DNA of 64,000 bases from Azolla caroliniana (Eukaryota > Plantae > Polypodiophyta), in NCBI GenBank assembly GCA_043228905.1, contig JBHGNT010000011.1, positions 21,204,001-21,268,000 of the forward strand, in the 5' to 3' direction. Position 1 is the first letter of the stretch, and the number at the start of each line of letters is the position of its first letter. The notes below the pieces were generated by a model, which saw nothing but the letters and a program-made list of their open reading frames with translations, was not told where the DNA came from and searched no databases. Positions 23,956 to 38,400 of this stretch are shown in pieces. The translations under genes were made by a program, and so were the position numbers.

Positions 23956-26900
23956 TGTTAGAAATTGACGCTTTCAAAACCTTCTCCTCTCGGCCACAAC
24001 CGAGGATACACGAGTCAATGCAGCAGTAAATCGAAAACACAGAGAGAGACTCGAATGCACAGGGTTTAGCGTGGAAAACCCTAGACGGGAAAAACCACGG
24101 GAGTGCAAGACTCCAACTATCACTATACGCAGGGAATGTACAATGGCGAGCTGCAAGGCGACGACCTTGAGCTCGCTGTCCTCGCCACAGGCGGCGGTAT
24201 TACACAGAGGCGTCGACCTCTTCCTTTCTCTCTCTCTCTCTCACTCTCTCTCGGCTGGTCTCACTTCGCTCCCTCTAAGTGGAAAACAGAAAAATGAGCA
24301 ACAACACCAAAACTGATTGCCCTAAGTCATATTTATACACATATGACTTTCGGGCTATTTACAAATATAGCCTAGAGGGCCCTTGGCAAACATATTCACA
24401 AATATGTCCCCGCATCCGGATCTCTCTCCGGGTACATTCGTCATCCGGCTCCGTAGCCGGGGTCTTCATCATTCGGATCCGGAACCGGGTCTTCATCATC
24501 CGGCTCCGATACCGGGTACTCCTCATTCGGGTCTTCATTCCCGATTCCCGGACATCCGACCATCCCATCCGGAGGGACCGTAATCCCAACAAACTCCCCC
24601 TTCACTTCGGCATGGGATGTCTTTCCAGTCCGACCCTCTTCCGGCACGCTTCTAGCTTGTCGGGTGTGAGCACTTTGGTCAGCATATCTGACCCGTTCTC
24701 GTCCGTGTGGATCTTCGTCAGCACGAACTCCTGGTCTTCTATCCTTTCCCGGATCCAGTGATATCTTCGCTGGATGTGCTTCGTCCGGGAGTGATAGGCC
24801 GCGTTCTTCGCAAGGTGGATGGCACTCTGACTGTCGCAGTAGAGTCGGTACTCCTCCTGCTTGATACCGAGCTCTCTAATGAAGTCCTTCATCCATATCA
24901 TTTCCTTGCCGGCTTCGACGGCCGCCATGTACTCCGCCTCCGTGGTTGACAATGCAACCGTCTTCTGCAGCCTCGACTGCCACGAAACAGCTCCCCGTGC
25001 ATACGTCATCACATACCCTGATGTGGACCGGCTGGTATCTGCATCAGCCGACATATCCGAATCGGTAAAGCCGTCGAGTTCGGGCTTACCGGAGCCGAAT
25101 CGGAGGCACACGTTTGCCGTGCCCTTCAGGTATCGGAGTATCCACTTGGCCGCGTTCCAGTGCTCTTTGCCGGGATTGCTCATGTACCGGCTCACCCCTC
25201 CGACTGCATATCCTATGTCCGGTCTTGTACACACCATTGCGTACATCAAGCTTCCGACGGCAGAGGCATATGGTACTTTCATCATGTCCTCCTTCTCAGC
25301 CTTTGTCTTGGGGCTTTGCTTGCTGGACAACTTGCAGTTTGCCGGGAGGGTTGACCCGACCGGTCTTGCTTCCGACATGTTGAACCGGTGAAGCACCTTT
25401 GTCACGTACTTCTCCTGTGACAGCCACAACTGCTTCTTCTTCCGGTCCCGGATGATGTGCATCCCTAGTATTTGCCTCGCCGGACCCAGGTCCTTCATTG
25501 AGAAGGTTCGGTGAAGCACTTTCTTCAGCATCCGTATCTTGACCTGGTCCCGTCCGACGATCAACATGTCGTCCACGTACAGGAGGAGTATTAGAAAGTC
25601 TCCTCCTTCGAACTTCTTCACAAACACGCAGTGATCGGACTGCGTTTTGTGGTACCCTTCGTCGGTCATGAAAGAGTCGAACTTCCGGTACCATTGCCGG
25701 GGAGCCTGCTTCAGTCCGTAAAGGCTCTTCTTCAACCGGCATACCAGGTGCTCCTTCCCTTTCTTCTCGAATCCTTCCGGTTGCTGCATGTAGATCTCTT
25801 CTTCGAGGTCACCGTGAAGGAATGCTGTCTTCACGTCCATCTGTTCTACCTCGAGGTCTATGCTTGCCGCTATGCTCAGCACCGTCCGGATGGAGGTCAT
25901 CTTCACTACCGGGGCAAATATCTTGTCGAAGTCGACGCCCTTCTTCTGCTGGAACCCCTTCACCACGATCCTGGCTTTGTATCTCGGGGGGTTTCCGGCA
26001 TCTCCCGGTTTCAGCTTGAACACCCACTTGTTTCGAAGTGCCCGCTTTCCTTTCGGCAACTCCACAAGTTCATATGTGTGGTTCTCATGCAGGGAATCCA
26101 TCTCCTCCTGCATGGCACTTAACCACCTGCGGCTATGGGTGTCAAGCTTTGCTTCTTCAAAACTCTCCGGCTCCCCCTCGTCGGTTAGCAGCACGTGCTC
26201 TGGTTCCGGAAATCTCCGGGGGGCCCTTCTCTCTCTTAGAGGATATCTCCGTTCCGGAGCTTCGGTAACCGGCTCCTCCGTTTCCTCTTCATCCGAATCC
26301 ATTTCGGGATCGGGGCCGGTTCCGGTATCAGTTTCATCTTCCTCGGCCGGTTCTGTTTCTTCACCGTCTTCGGCCGGATCCTCGAGTGCTAACCGGTCCC
26401 TTGCCGGTCGGGACTGCTCCTCGTAGAGTTGATCCTCACCGGTCGACTTGGAGCTCTTCATCTTCTTCTCCGACTCCCAGTCGGCGAGTGTCTTGTCCTC
26501 CATGAAGATGATATCACGACTCCGGAATATCTTTTTGTCGACCGGGTCCCATACTCGGTAGCCGAACTCGTCATCGCCGTAACCGAGGAATATGCATGGC
26601 CAGGTCTTTGGATCTAGCTTTCCTCTCCGGTCCTTTGCCACATGCACATATGCGAGACACCCGAACACCTTCAGATGCCGGTAGGATACTCCCTACCGGT
26701 CCACACTCTCTGCGGCGTGTCTCCGTCCAAAGGTACTGAGGGTGATCTGTTTATCATGTATGTCGCCGTCGACATTGCCTCAACCCAAAACCCCTTGGGT
26801 AATTTCGCATGCGCCAGCATACTCCGGACCCTCTCCATTATGGTCCGGTTCATCCTCTCGGCCAGTCCGTTTAGTTCCGGCGTCTTTGGCACAGTAAACT

Positions 26901-29341
26901 CGAGCCGGATTCCCTTCGAGCGACAGTACTCCTCGAATTGCCCCCGGTATTCCCCTCCGTTATCCGCTCGTATCGCTTTCAGCTTCTTGCCGGATTCCCT
27001 TTCCACTCTCGCGTGGAGTTCTTTGAAGACGCACAACACTTGGTCCTTTGTCTTCAGCGGTGCCGTCCACAGCTTCCGGCTGTGGTCATCAATGAATGTC
27101 ACGAAGTACTGGGCTCCGCCATGTGACTTCGTTTCTACTTGACACACGTCAGTGTGCACCAACTCCAATGGTGCGCTACGTCTCGTTGGTGGCCTTGAGT
27201 GGAAGGAGGTTCGGTTCTGCTTACCGGCCAGGCAATCGGTGCACTTCTCCAGGTGCACATGCTTCACTGGAATAAGGTTGTCTTCTGCAAGCCTCTTCAT
27301 CCCCTTCTCACTCATGTGGCACAGTCTCTTGTGCCACAGCTCACCGGCAGTGTCGGCTACCACGTTCAACTCCTCCGGACACAACCAGGCATTCATAAGG
27401 TACAGTGTGTTGACTTTCCGGGCCCGAGCCACTATCAGGCTCCCCTTGCTGAACTTTATTACGCAGTTCCGGATGCTACCTGTGTAGCCTTCATCGTCTA
27501 GCCTCCCGGCCGAAATCAGGTTCAATCGAACCTCCGGAACGTGTCGGACATCCTTCAGCAACATTTTGCATCCGGTCGAGGTTGTCAACCACACTTCTCC
27601 TATGCCGGCAATCCGGCACGTACCTTCATTTCCCATCCGAACACAGCCATGCTCACCGGCTGTGTAGGATGAGAAGTATCTTCTTTCCGGGGTCAGGTGG
27701 AACGACGCTCCGGAATCGACCACCCAGGTAGTCTCATCGCCGGCAATGTTTAGTTCACCTTCTTCGGTGATGAGCATGATCTCCTCTTCACTTGCCGCGA
27801 GTGCCGTCGTTCCTTTCCGGTCCTGCCCTCGCTGATCCGAACCATTCCGGTTCGTGGCTCCCCGGTAAGCACCGTTCCGTTCCGAAGACTTCTTCGAATC
27901 GGTGTCGTCGGCTCCGTTGTCTTTTCGGTAATGCCGACAATTCTTTCGGAAGTGCCCCGGCTTCCCACAGTGGAAGCATGTGGGCCTTCCTCTTGACTGC
28001 GACCGGGTCCCCGACTTCTCCCGTCTTTGCGGACTCCGGTTCCGTTGTCTTCCCCGATCCGATTCTGTAAGCAGCATCTTCGGATCGGAGGCCGGTTCTT
28101 TATCTCTCCGACGCGCTTCTTCGTTCAAAATGCTTGTCTTTACCGTTTGTAGGGACAAGTTATCTTCGGTGCAGGAGGTGCTGAGAGTCACCACCAAGTT
28201 CTCCCAGCTTTCCGGCAATGTACACATCAACATGATGGCTTGCATTGCATCCTCCAACGGGAACTTGATCGCCGCAAGCTGGTTCACGAATCCCATGAAC
28301 GTGCTTACGTGTTCCACCATACTCTCGCCGTCCCGGTACTTGAGGTTCACTATCTTCCTCATCAGGGAGGTCCGGTTCAACGCATTCTTCCTCTCGTAGA
28401 GGCCCGACAGCTTCTGCCACATCTCATATGCGTTGGTGTCGTTCGCCACATGTTGTAGAACGCTCACGTCGACGTATTGCCGAATGGTTGCAACGGCTTT
28501 CCGGTTCAGAAGCCTCCATTCCGTCTCAAGTACCCCCTTGGGTATTTCCGACCTGTCGATCGGTTCATACAGGTCCCGAACGATGAGCAGATCCTCCATC
28601 TTTATCTTCCAGTCGGCATAGTTCTGCGCATTCAGCACCATCATCCCCGACTGACCGCTGCTGCCGCCTTCCATTTTCTGCACTGCAGTCGCTCTGATAC
28701 CAGATTGTTAGAAATTGACGCTTTCAAAACCTTCTCCTCTCGGCCACAACCGAGGATACACGAGTCAATGCAGTAGTAAATCGAAAACACAGAGAGAGAC
28801 TCGAATGCACAGGGTTTAGCGTGGAAAACCCTAGACGGGAAAAACCACGGGAGTGCAAGACTCCAACTATCACTATACGCAGGGAATGTACAATGGCGAG
28901 CTGCAAGGCGACGACCTTGAGCTCGCTGTCCTCGCCACAGGCGGCGGTATTACACAGAGGCGTCGACCTCTTCCTTTCTCTCTCTCTCTCTCACTCTCTC
29001 TCGGCTGGTCTCACTTCGCTCCCTCTAAGTGGAAAACAGAAAAATGAGCAACAACACCAAAACTGATTGCCCTAAGTCATATTTATACACATATGACTTT
29101 CGGGCTATTTACAAATATAGCCTAGAGGGCCCTTGGCAAACATATTCACAAATATGTCCCCGCATCCGGATCTCTCTCCGGGTACATTCGTCATCCGGCT
29201 CCGTAGCCGGGGTCTTCATCATCCGGATCCGGAACCGGGTCTTCATCATCCGGCTCCGATACCGGGTACTCCTCATTCGGGTCTTCATTCCCGATTCCCG
29301 GACATCCGACCATCCCATCCGGAGGGACCGTAATCCCAACA
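23956..29341 (-). mobile_element. Full-length Ty1/copia element H
   Basis: 636-bp LTRs 23956-24591 and 28706-29341 (2 differences noticed), TSD GGGAG, Met PBS 28691-28702, PPT ~24594-24603. Confidence 0.97.
24602..28674 (-). pseudogene. H gag-PR-INT-RT-RH polyprotein with a single 1-bp deletion near 26689
   Basis: CFHCGKPGHFRKNC, VDSGAS, integrase core, YVDD; adding one G restores WTGREVSYRHLKVFGC. Confidence 0.93.
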
Positions 29342-29346
29342 GGGAG

Positions 29347-32300
29347 CACGCTCACCACAACACTGTGGTCTTTCCCGACCCGCCGTAGCCCCCAACATGG
29401 CCTTTGCCTATCCCTGCTTTAACGGCGAAACCGACGCTGCAACCCATATTCGCATGTTCCTCAATGTCTGGAATGCGAACCACATGGGGCAGAGCCTTTC
29501 GGAGGCGGTAGTGCACCAGTCGAAAATGACGGAGTTCGGGTTAACATTGGATGGGCGAGCGGTATTTTGGCATTCACAGATGGATTTGCCAGCAATCACA
29601 ACCTTCGATTAGCTACAGTCCGTTTCTTGCTCAACAACAATAGCGTGAAAGGGGAAACGACGGATATGGTCATTGAACGAGCGTTACAGCCCAAGTTGGA
29701 CGAGGAGGAGGAAAGGTTTTCTATGTCCTCCTTATGACAAGCCTTACCCCAGGACGAGGAACGCCAGTTTCGCCAAGCAATCTAGTGCACGATTTGCTTG
29801 AACTCGGGGCATTCCGCAGTGGAGTGCAACATGCGAATCCACTGCCCAATCTGCTACTCGAAGGCTCACACAGTCGACCAATGCGAATACAATATGTTGA
29901 ACAGAGCCGCTCCCACAATACGTAGCATGGACACACAACGTCCCCCACGCTGTACTGAACAAAGGAGGCAAGAAGACCGACCACGGTATGTGGATTGCAA
30001 CCCACGTGATGACCGGCACCACCGGAATCGCCGAAATCACAACGTTTCCGAGGAAGACAAACCAGAGAATGAGGATTATTGGGGACCTCCGAGTTATGCT
30101 ATGAGAATCACCGGCCGACAAACAAACGTGGCGGCTTCAATGGTTATCGTGGGAAGCCGCGACAATATAGAGATCACCGGCGTTACGACGAAAGCTCGGG
30201 AGATGAGCGACACCAAGAACCACACCGGGACCAACAACAACCACCGCGTGCGTTCCAACAAACGAGGCTAGACCGTGAGGAGCAAGTCGCACCAGGGGAT
30301 CGACACACACCACTAGGAGCCGAGAAGGGCGAATCAAGCATCCATTGTTTTGTTTGTTAGCAGCCCGGACATTATGCCATGCAATGCCTAGCACGCAAGG
30401 GCAAGGGGCCCGCCGTCAATACGATTACGGCGGAAGTGTAGCAAGTCATGACACGCCAACAAACAAAAATGGCTGATTGGGCCGCGCAAGATGAGATATG
30501 ACGACAAGCCCAGGCATGGGTGGAAAAAGCAAACGCGACCAATACAGAGCGCATGCGGAAGGAGTCCGCGAATACGAGGGAGCGAGCGGAGGACGAAGGA
30601 CCGGTCCCAGACCCCATTTGGCAGGCATTAGCGGGCTGCGAGATAACGTTAACCATGGAGAAGTTGCTACAGCTAGTCCCACGCTTCTGCCAGACCATGG
30701 AAGAATGGGTGACGGGCATACCCGGGGTGAGCGTTGCTACAAACCTTACAGACGTTAGCGACGGACCGCCTGTAGTGGATCACCACAACCCGGCTATTAC
30801 ATTGATATTACACGGACAGGAAATTCCTGGATGCGTAATCGATGGCGGCTCAGGCGTTAATGTAATTAGCGCGAAAACTTGCGAGCAGTTAGGCATTTCA
30901 AAATGGGAGGCTTGCCCATTCTGGCTTCGAATGGCAGATACCCGCTCAGTACGACCATTTGGGTTAATTCGCAAGATAGGCATTATCGTGGGCGGACATC
31001 GCTTCGACATCTCGGCGGTTGTCCTCGTGTTGGATGCCCTAGGGGCGTACCGAGTGCTTCTAGGCAGACCATGGCTTCGGGCAGCAAATATCAAGCAGAG
31101 CTGGCAACACAAGTGTATTAGTTTCCGACACGGACACACTAAGGTTCGCGTACCTACGGAAGGAAGCACGCCACAACCCAAGGGTATAACACTATTATAC
31201 GCGGAAGATATAAATATGCTAGCTGGGGTGGAGGATGCAGAATTAGAGGCATACCTAGATGAGCACCCTTGGATCATTCCGCTGTTCGAAATCGACGTCA
31301 TCGCAACCGTGACAGAATATGCCACGACGACTATTCTCCACGACGAGGCTTACGAACCAAACCCACAGTCCATATTGGAACTCAACAGAGCACAGGCGGT
31401 ATTCAAAAGGGAGATGGAAATTTCACGACGAGTCAGCGCCTCCGCCCTGGAAGAAATAAATGTGGGCACGGAGTCGGAACCTCGTTTCCTCTCCATCGCA
31501 AAGGAATTAAGGCTAGACCAGAGAACCACGATGATCGCACTACTCAAGAAATATAAAGATGTGTTCGCTTGGGCTCACGAGGACATGAAGGGGTTAGATC
31601 CCAAGTTCTATGAACATAAGATCAATTTAGCAACCGACGCAAAACCCGTCCAGCAGCGCTGCTACCGCATGAACCCGAACTACGCGCCCTGCGTAAAAGA
31701 AGAAATTGACAAACTCCTGAAGGTGGGGTTCATACGATCAGTTAAACAAGCCACATGGTTAAGTCCGATAGTAGTCGTTCCAAAGAAAAACGGCAAAATA
31801 CGGGCATGCGTGAATTACCGAAAATTAAACGTCGTAACCATTACAGACGCATTCCCATTACCATTCACTGATAGCGTACTGGACACCGTTGCAGGACATG
31901 AGATGTACAATTTTTTAGATGGCTTTAGTGGGTATAACTAGGTACGCATGCATCCCGAGGACCAAGAGAAGACGACATTTGTCACGGACTGGGGAGTCTA
32001 TGTGGCAGTTGTCATGATGTTCGGACAAGATTTCAACGGACAATTACGGAGATCTTTGGGGAATATATTTCGGCGTTCATGCAAGTTTTTTTAGACGACT
32101 TTGCGGTATATGGGAGAACAATAGACCATTTTACGCACCTACAACTGTGCCTGGAACGTTGCCGCATCGCACGCTTAAGCCTGAATCCCGTGAAATGTGC
32201 CTTCGGCGTGAGCAACGGGACTCTCCTAGGCCATATAGTGAGCAAGGAGGGAATAACGGTCGATCCGAACAAGATCTCCGCGATTACGCAAGCCAAAAAT

Positions 32301-32485
32301 CCGACAAACGCGAAATCACTCAGCCGGTTTTTAGGACAAATACGGTGGCATAGTCGGATGATACGATATTTGGCGGACTTCACCACACTGTTACATGCTG
32401 CCGTGCATTGGACTCCCTTCCAATGGACCGCAACGGAGGACAAGGCCTATGAGGCACTTAAGATAATGCTCACACAGGCCCCCGT
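29347..32485 (+). pseudogene. G gag-PR-RT (5' part at 23775-23955)
   Basis: CCHC knuckles, IDGGSGVN, FLDGFSGYN, VFLDD; multiple stops and frameshifts. Confidence 0.92.
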
Positions 32486-33166
32486 TGTCGCGTTGTTACG
32501 TGCACGCATGTAGAAGGGGCGAGACCACGGGGGTCTCAGATTAGGGAGTATAGGAGAAAGAATAAGATAGGATATGGAGGCTTAGCTCAAGAGGAGAAGA
32601 AGAAAGAATAAGATCATGACATAGAAGGAGAGATCAGCCAAGGCAAGATGCTCAACAAGTTATATTAAAACAAACGAATGATTACAACCATGGTGGCCGC
32701 ATAGGCCGCACCAAACGACTATGAGAAAACCCTAAACGAAACCCTAACCCTAAAACGGTAAGAACTCTAGACTAAGTGGTATACCTTTCATACACAAAAT
32801 AGGCAACCCCTTCATAAGTGACCCCTCCCTTCCTTTTATAGCCCAAGGAGGGAGGGACCTTACAATGTGGGATAAAATTTCCCCTCTTATTTCTATACAC
32901 CATTTTCTAGTATACATGTACACATGTTGCACACCACTGACTTGCCCATTCCACCCTGGTTTCACACCGTAGCCGGAAATCTTCACGAAATCCACCCCCC
33001 CCAAACCGCATGTCTACCGGTACGTGCCAAGAAAGGAAAAGGGTGAGAGATTTCGGCGACAGTGACCAACCGGGTTCTTCGCCTTCCCGACACCCGACCG
33101 TCTTGTTGGTCCCTTGCCGGTGCCAATTCGTCTTGCTGGTTCCTTCCGATCCACCATATCCGACGT

Positions 33167-35405
33167 TCACGCCTTCCTTCCCGATCGGTCTGACTCGGTC
33201 ACCCCAACTTTGTCTGCCGCGTATGTTCTCCGATTGGGCCGCCAGTCACTTCGATCGCACGTCGGATTCCGCGTACCACGTACCGCGTGTGTCTCTCCTT
33301 TGGTTCGACCATTTCCTCCTGTCGAATACCTCGTGCCGACTCCTTCCATCCCGCTCTCGGCTTCCGTAGGCTCTTTCCATGCGTCGTTGTCGTCCACCAA
33401 ATGCATGCTCGTTCTTCGGTCCTTACATGACCCCATTACACGCTCCTCGCTTCTCCCTCGCTCGTCGTGCTCTCTTGCGGTAGAGCATACCTCCATCCCA
33501 TCCTTCGTGTCGATGTCCTTCGCGGCTCTCGTTACCGCTTCATCCCAACTCACGCCCTTTTTGCCCGCTTCACCTTGCATGCCACACGGGAAGTTGCGCT
33601 TCCTCTTCCGGGCGCGTAGCCCGTTGCTCTCCACACACCTTCTTCGGTTCTCAAGACATAGCCTTCCGTGCTCACCGATCATCCGCCGATACCGGCACCT
33701 CCCCGCTCCGTCTTCCGCCGCGTGCATTCCTCGCAAAGGCTCGACCGGATTGTCATTGCCGGTCACTTGTTGCTGCTCTTCCGGGTGCATGATTGCTTCC
33801 CGGCCCTTCTCCGGCCGTAGTGCATGCTCCGCTTCACGCTCTTTACTCGCCGTGGTCCCGACCTCCATGTCGGCCTCTTCTTCCTTTGTCATCGTAGACC
33901 CTTCCGTCTCCATTTGGCCCTCTTGGCCGTGCTCGTCCATCTTCACGCACCGGGTACCCATTCCGGTAGCCTCGTCCGTTCCGGTCTCCGACTCCTCGCC
34001 GCCACCCGCCGTCTCTCCGGTCTTATGTTGATTCGCAACCGCCGAAGTCTCTAGAATAGGCAGGGAGGGCCCCTCTTGCTCTCGGCCTCTCACCGATCCG
34101 TACTCGTCTTGCCCGGTTAGCCTCCTCGCTCTCACCGGCTCCCATCGTAATCGTAACCGGCCGGTAAGGAGTCGATCAAACAATCCCGGTCTTGCCGGCT
34201 TTCTTCGGTTTGGGCCCGGTTGACCGGCCCCCGCTTAACTCTTCTTCCGCTTCGTCTTCCGGTCGAGTCGGCCCCCGACTCTCTCCTCTTTGCCGCTCCT
34301 GACCTCTCCGTCGGTCCTCTTGTATATGCCCGTTCCGGGCCTCGCATCCTCATCTTCATACGTGTTTGCTCCGGGCCACGCCTCCTCACGGCCACCGCCC
34401 TTCTCTCTAGTCTTATGTTGGCATTCAAGCGCAACCGCCGTAGTCTCCGACCCTGGTGTCGAGGGGTCTCTCCTCCGTCCGCTATGACCTTCCTCGTCGT
34501 CGTTTCGATCGTCCGCTTTGCCGCCGCCACCTTCTGTCTCTCTAGTCTCATGTGGGCTCTCGGGGCCGATTGCCGAAGTCTCTAGAATAGGTGTGGGAAA
34601 AATCTCGATACCATCACTCGCCGATGTCATGTTTGTAGCCACCTTTGTTCAGACGCCGTGGTCCGTGGCTATCTCGTCCCCGGTTATGCAAGCCTCGGTT
34701 ATGCCTGCTAGCTCCTCATCCTCGTCCTCGTCTCGGTTGCCCGCCTTGCTGCCGCCATCGCCCGTCACTCTAGGTCTCACGCCGGCACTCGGGCCTACCG
34801 CCGGAGCCTCTAGGGCTGGTGTGTGTAAGGCTGCGGCACCGCCGCTCGTTGTCTCCGTAGCCGCCTCCGTCCGGATGTCGTTATCCGCGGCTACCCCGCC
34901 TCCAATTGCACAAGCCTCGATTACGCTTACTGCCGTCTCTTCCATGTCGTCGTCTCGGTTGCCCGCCTTGCCGCCGCCACCGACCGTCGCTCTAGGTCGC
35001 ACGTCGGCACTCGGGCCGACCGCCGGAGCCTCATGGACTAGTGTGTGTAAGGTTGTGGCACCTCCGCTTGTCTCCTCCCCACTCGATGTTTCGGGCCGCC
35101 ATGTCTCGAATCCGTAGTTACCGGCCTCCATGGCCGTCCCTTCACCGCAAGGCAAGAGGGTCGCTTGCTCCGCACCCTCTTCCATGTTGCCGTTGCACGC
35201 TCTCCCGGCGTCCGTATAGGCCCCCCGTCTTCTACGCTTAGGGAGGCTTCTTCCTCCGCGTCCTCCGATCGCCTCCGGCCCAACTCCATAATAAGCCCTT
35301 TTTCGGCTTCGATTTTCGCCTTCACAAGCTTGCATGCCTCCCGTATTAGCATTTCTAGGTCGAGCTCCTCCGAACTGTTTTGCGTTGAGCTCTCTTTCGG
35401 CGGTA
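33167..35405 (-). pseudogene. D ORF C-terminal part: acidic, Gly/Glu/Thr-rich repetitive tail
   Basis: ORFs ending 34649, 34235 and 33167 share one frame; one probable frameshift in the G6 run at 35221-35226. Confidence 0.7.
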
Positions 35406-35410
35406 GTGTG

Positions 35411-38400
35411 TGTCGAATACATGTGTATAATGGACGTATTCACACCATCCCGTCTCGGCCATTTATGTAATTAGCATAAAGGGTAGTTGCCCTAAGTCGG
35501 TCACTATATATAGTGACCTTGTAACCTCTTTGTGAAGTTGGTTGTTGTATTGTTGCTTTATGAAATAAGAAGTACTTTTGTGTCTCTCTCTCTCTCTCTC
35601 TCTGTGCAACGACCTACATTCTGTCATACACAGGGAATAAACAGGAATCGAGTGCTTCTCGATCTTCCGCACAGACGACATTGCTTCCAACATCTGGTAT
35701 CAGAGCCTGCACAGTAGTCGGTCCTTCAATCCGCTGTCGGCCGTCGTCTCTGCATTCGGTTTCCTGCGTCATTCGAAGAAGAGAGAAGAAGAAGAAAAAC
35801 AGGTTTGCATCTCATCGCGTTAGATCATCTTTGCTTGGAGTAAGCCAGCAGGTTGTACTTCCCTCCTTGTGATCGTAACCGCTCGAGGTGAAATCCCCTT
35901 GTGCATCATTGACACGATCGTGCTCCATTCGGTTAAACGGCATCCGAAGAGGTCTCCAAACGCTGCTCGTTGTAACCACTCGGTGCAGATCGGTCTCAAG
36001 ACAACAACCCCAATTCGTGCTTCATCCGGCTAATTGACATTCGAGAGGATCAGTTGGATCTGTCTCTCTCGTCGCTGCAGCCACCCGAAGCAGAATCGGT
36101 TCAGATAATCGGTTTCAATAATCGGTATTCGGCACATATATCCGAAGCGAACCGGGCTCACTCCGACTCGGCAACATTCGGGAAGACCAGTCGGTTCTGT
36201 CCCTCAAGCTACCGGAGTCAATTCGAGCAAGTTCCGAAGCCGAACCGACTCGGGTTCAAATCCGACTAGAACGATATCGGGTGAGCCAACCGGCTGCACT
36301 CCAACAAGGTTCACAGTCAACTCCGAACCGAGCTTCGTCAACCAAAACCGAATTTGATGGCATCAACATCCGGCTCGTCAGAAATGAGTCTACGCAAGTT
36401 CGATGGATCGAACTTCAACTTCTGGAAGGAACAAATGCAGGACTATCTCATAGTCAAGGGGCAAATCGATCCCATCGAAAATGAAGAACCTCCAGAAGGA
36501 TACAAACCAATTGAGTGGCAGAAGCTGGACAGAATCGTCCGCGCCACGATTCGGATGCACCTATCGGAATCGGTATACTTCACGGTGCAATCGTGTACAA
36601 CAGCATTCGAACTGTGGAAAACACTGTCGGACACTTACGAAAAGAAGGTCGCCGCAACGAAGATGTTTCTGATCCGGCGCCTCTACAACTTGCGGATGAA
36701 AGAATCCGACTCGGTCCAAGCACACCTCAATGAGTACGAAAGCATAAGCTCCCAAATCTCGTCACAGGGGACGGCAATCGAGGATGAACTCAGAGCAATG
36801 ATACTCATGAGCAGCCTTCCCCCATCATGGGAAACTTTCGTCACAACCGTGTGCAACGCGTCAACCACGGCTGTTAAATACTCCGAAGTCACGAGCGCAA
36901 TCCTGACCGAAGCAGCTCGGAGAAAGTCTTTCGCCAAAGACTCAACAGACGACGCCTACGTAGTACAAGGTTCGACAGACCGATCAAACATACGAGGAAG
37001 AGATTCCTCACGACCGCCGAACAATCAGCGAAGACGGAGCCAGTCACGGGATAACCGAATCTGCAACTATTGCAAGAAACCCGGACACATCAAAGCCGAC
37101 TGCCGCGCACTCAAGAACAAGAACAACAAGAAGAGTGGCCGGCATGAGGAGATCAATTACGTCAGCTTCTCAGCTGATGTGCTACCAGACGACCCGAATA
37201 TACTATCAATCGAAAATCCAGTCGGCTCAGAAGTTCTGCTCACGACTGAAGAATCGAGCACATGGCTCTTAGATTCGGGCGCGTCATTTCACGTGACTCC
37301 TCATCGATCCCAATTTCGGCAATATACGATCCGTCACTCCGACTCAGTTCGGGTCGGCAACTCGCAACACTGTGACATCATTGGAATCGGCACAGTAGAG
37401 CTCAACCTTGCAGGTGGCTCTACACTTGTACTCCACAATGTCCGACATGTACCCGAGCTCTCAAGGCCATTGATCTCAGTCGGACAACTAGATGAAGACG
37501 GCATTCGTGCCGGTTTTTCTTCGGGAGGGTGGACACTCCACAGGGGGAACCTCCTGCTTGCTAGAGGACCCAAGATACACTCACTGTATCCGTTACATGT
37601 TACGCTCAGAGAGGGTAACCTGTTTTTGGTGGATATTCCTGTGTCATCATTATGGCACCGAAGATTAGGACACCTCAGCAAGGCCGGCATCACGCACCTA
37701 TCTAGAGCCGGATACATTCCCAAACTCTCCTTCTCCGACCATCAATTCTGCGAGCATTGCCAGTATGGCAAACAAGCAGCCGCATCACACCCGACATCAG
37801 CACCAAGAGAAACGAGACCTCTTGATTTAGTCCATTCGGACGTCTGTGGCCCAATGCCGCATCAGTCTCTAGGCGGTGCCTCTTACTTCGTCAGTTTTAT
37901 TGACGATTCGACTCGAAAGGTGTGGGCTTATCCAATTCGCACCAAAGATCGTGCCTTCTCGATCTTCACCGATTGGCTCGCTATGGTGGAAAATCAAACC
38001 GACCGAAAGCTGAAATGCTTTCGAACCGACAACGGGGGAGAGTTTAAATCCGAAGAATTCGTCAAATTCTGCCGACAACGCGGCATCCGACGTGAACTTA
38101 CGGCACCACACAGTCCGGAGCAAAACGGGATTGCAGAACGAATGAATCGGACAATCCAAGAACGGACAGTTTCCATGCTCCAACACTCCGGACTGTCGGA
38201 TGGCTTCTGGGCAGAGGCTCTACTCACGGCAGTACACATAATCAATATGTCGCCAAGTAGACCTCTAGGACTTCAAATTCCTCAGGAATTATGGATCGGC
38301 AGCAAGCCGAATTACGACAAGCTGAGGATCTTCGGATGCGAGGCGTACGCCCTTATTCCGAAAGATGATCGCCGAAAACTTGCACCTCGGTCCAGGAAAT

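Noticed and set aside
26671-26700. Programmed frameshift in copia H
   Set aside because: Falls inside the integrase region with no slippery motif; a 1-bp deletion or consensus error explains it.
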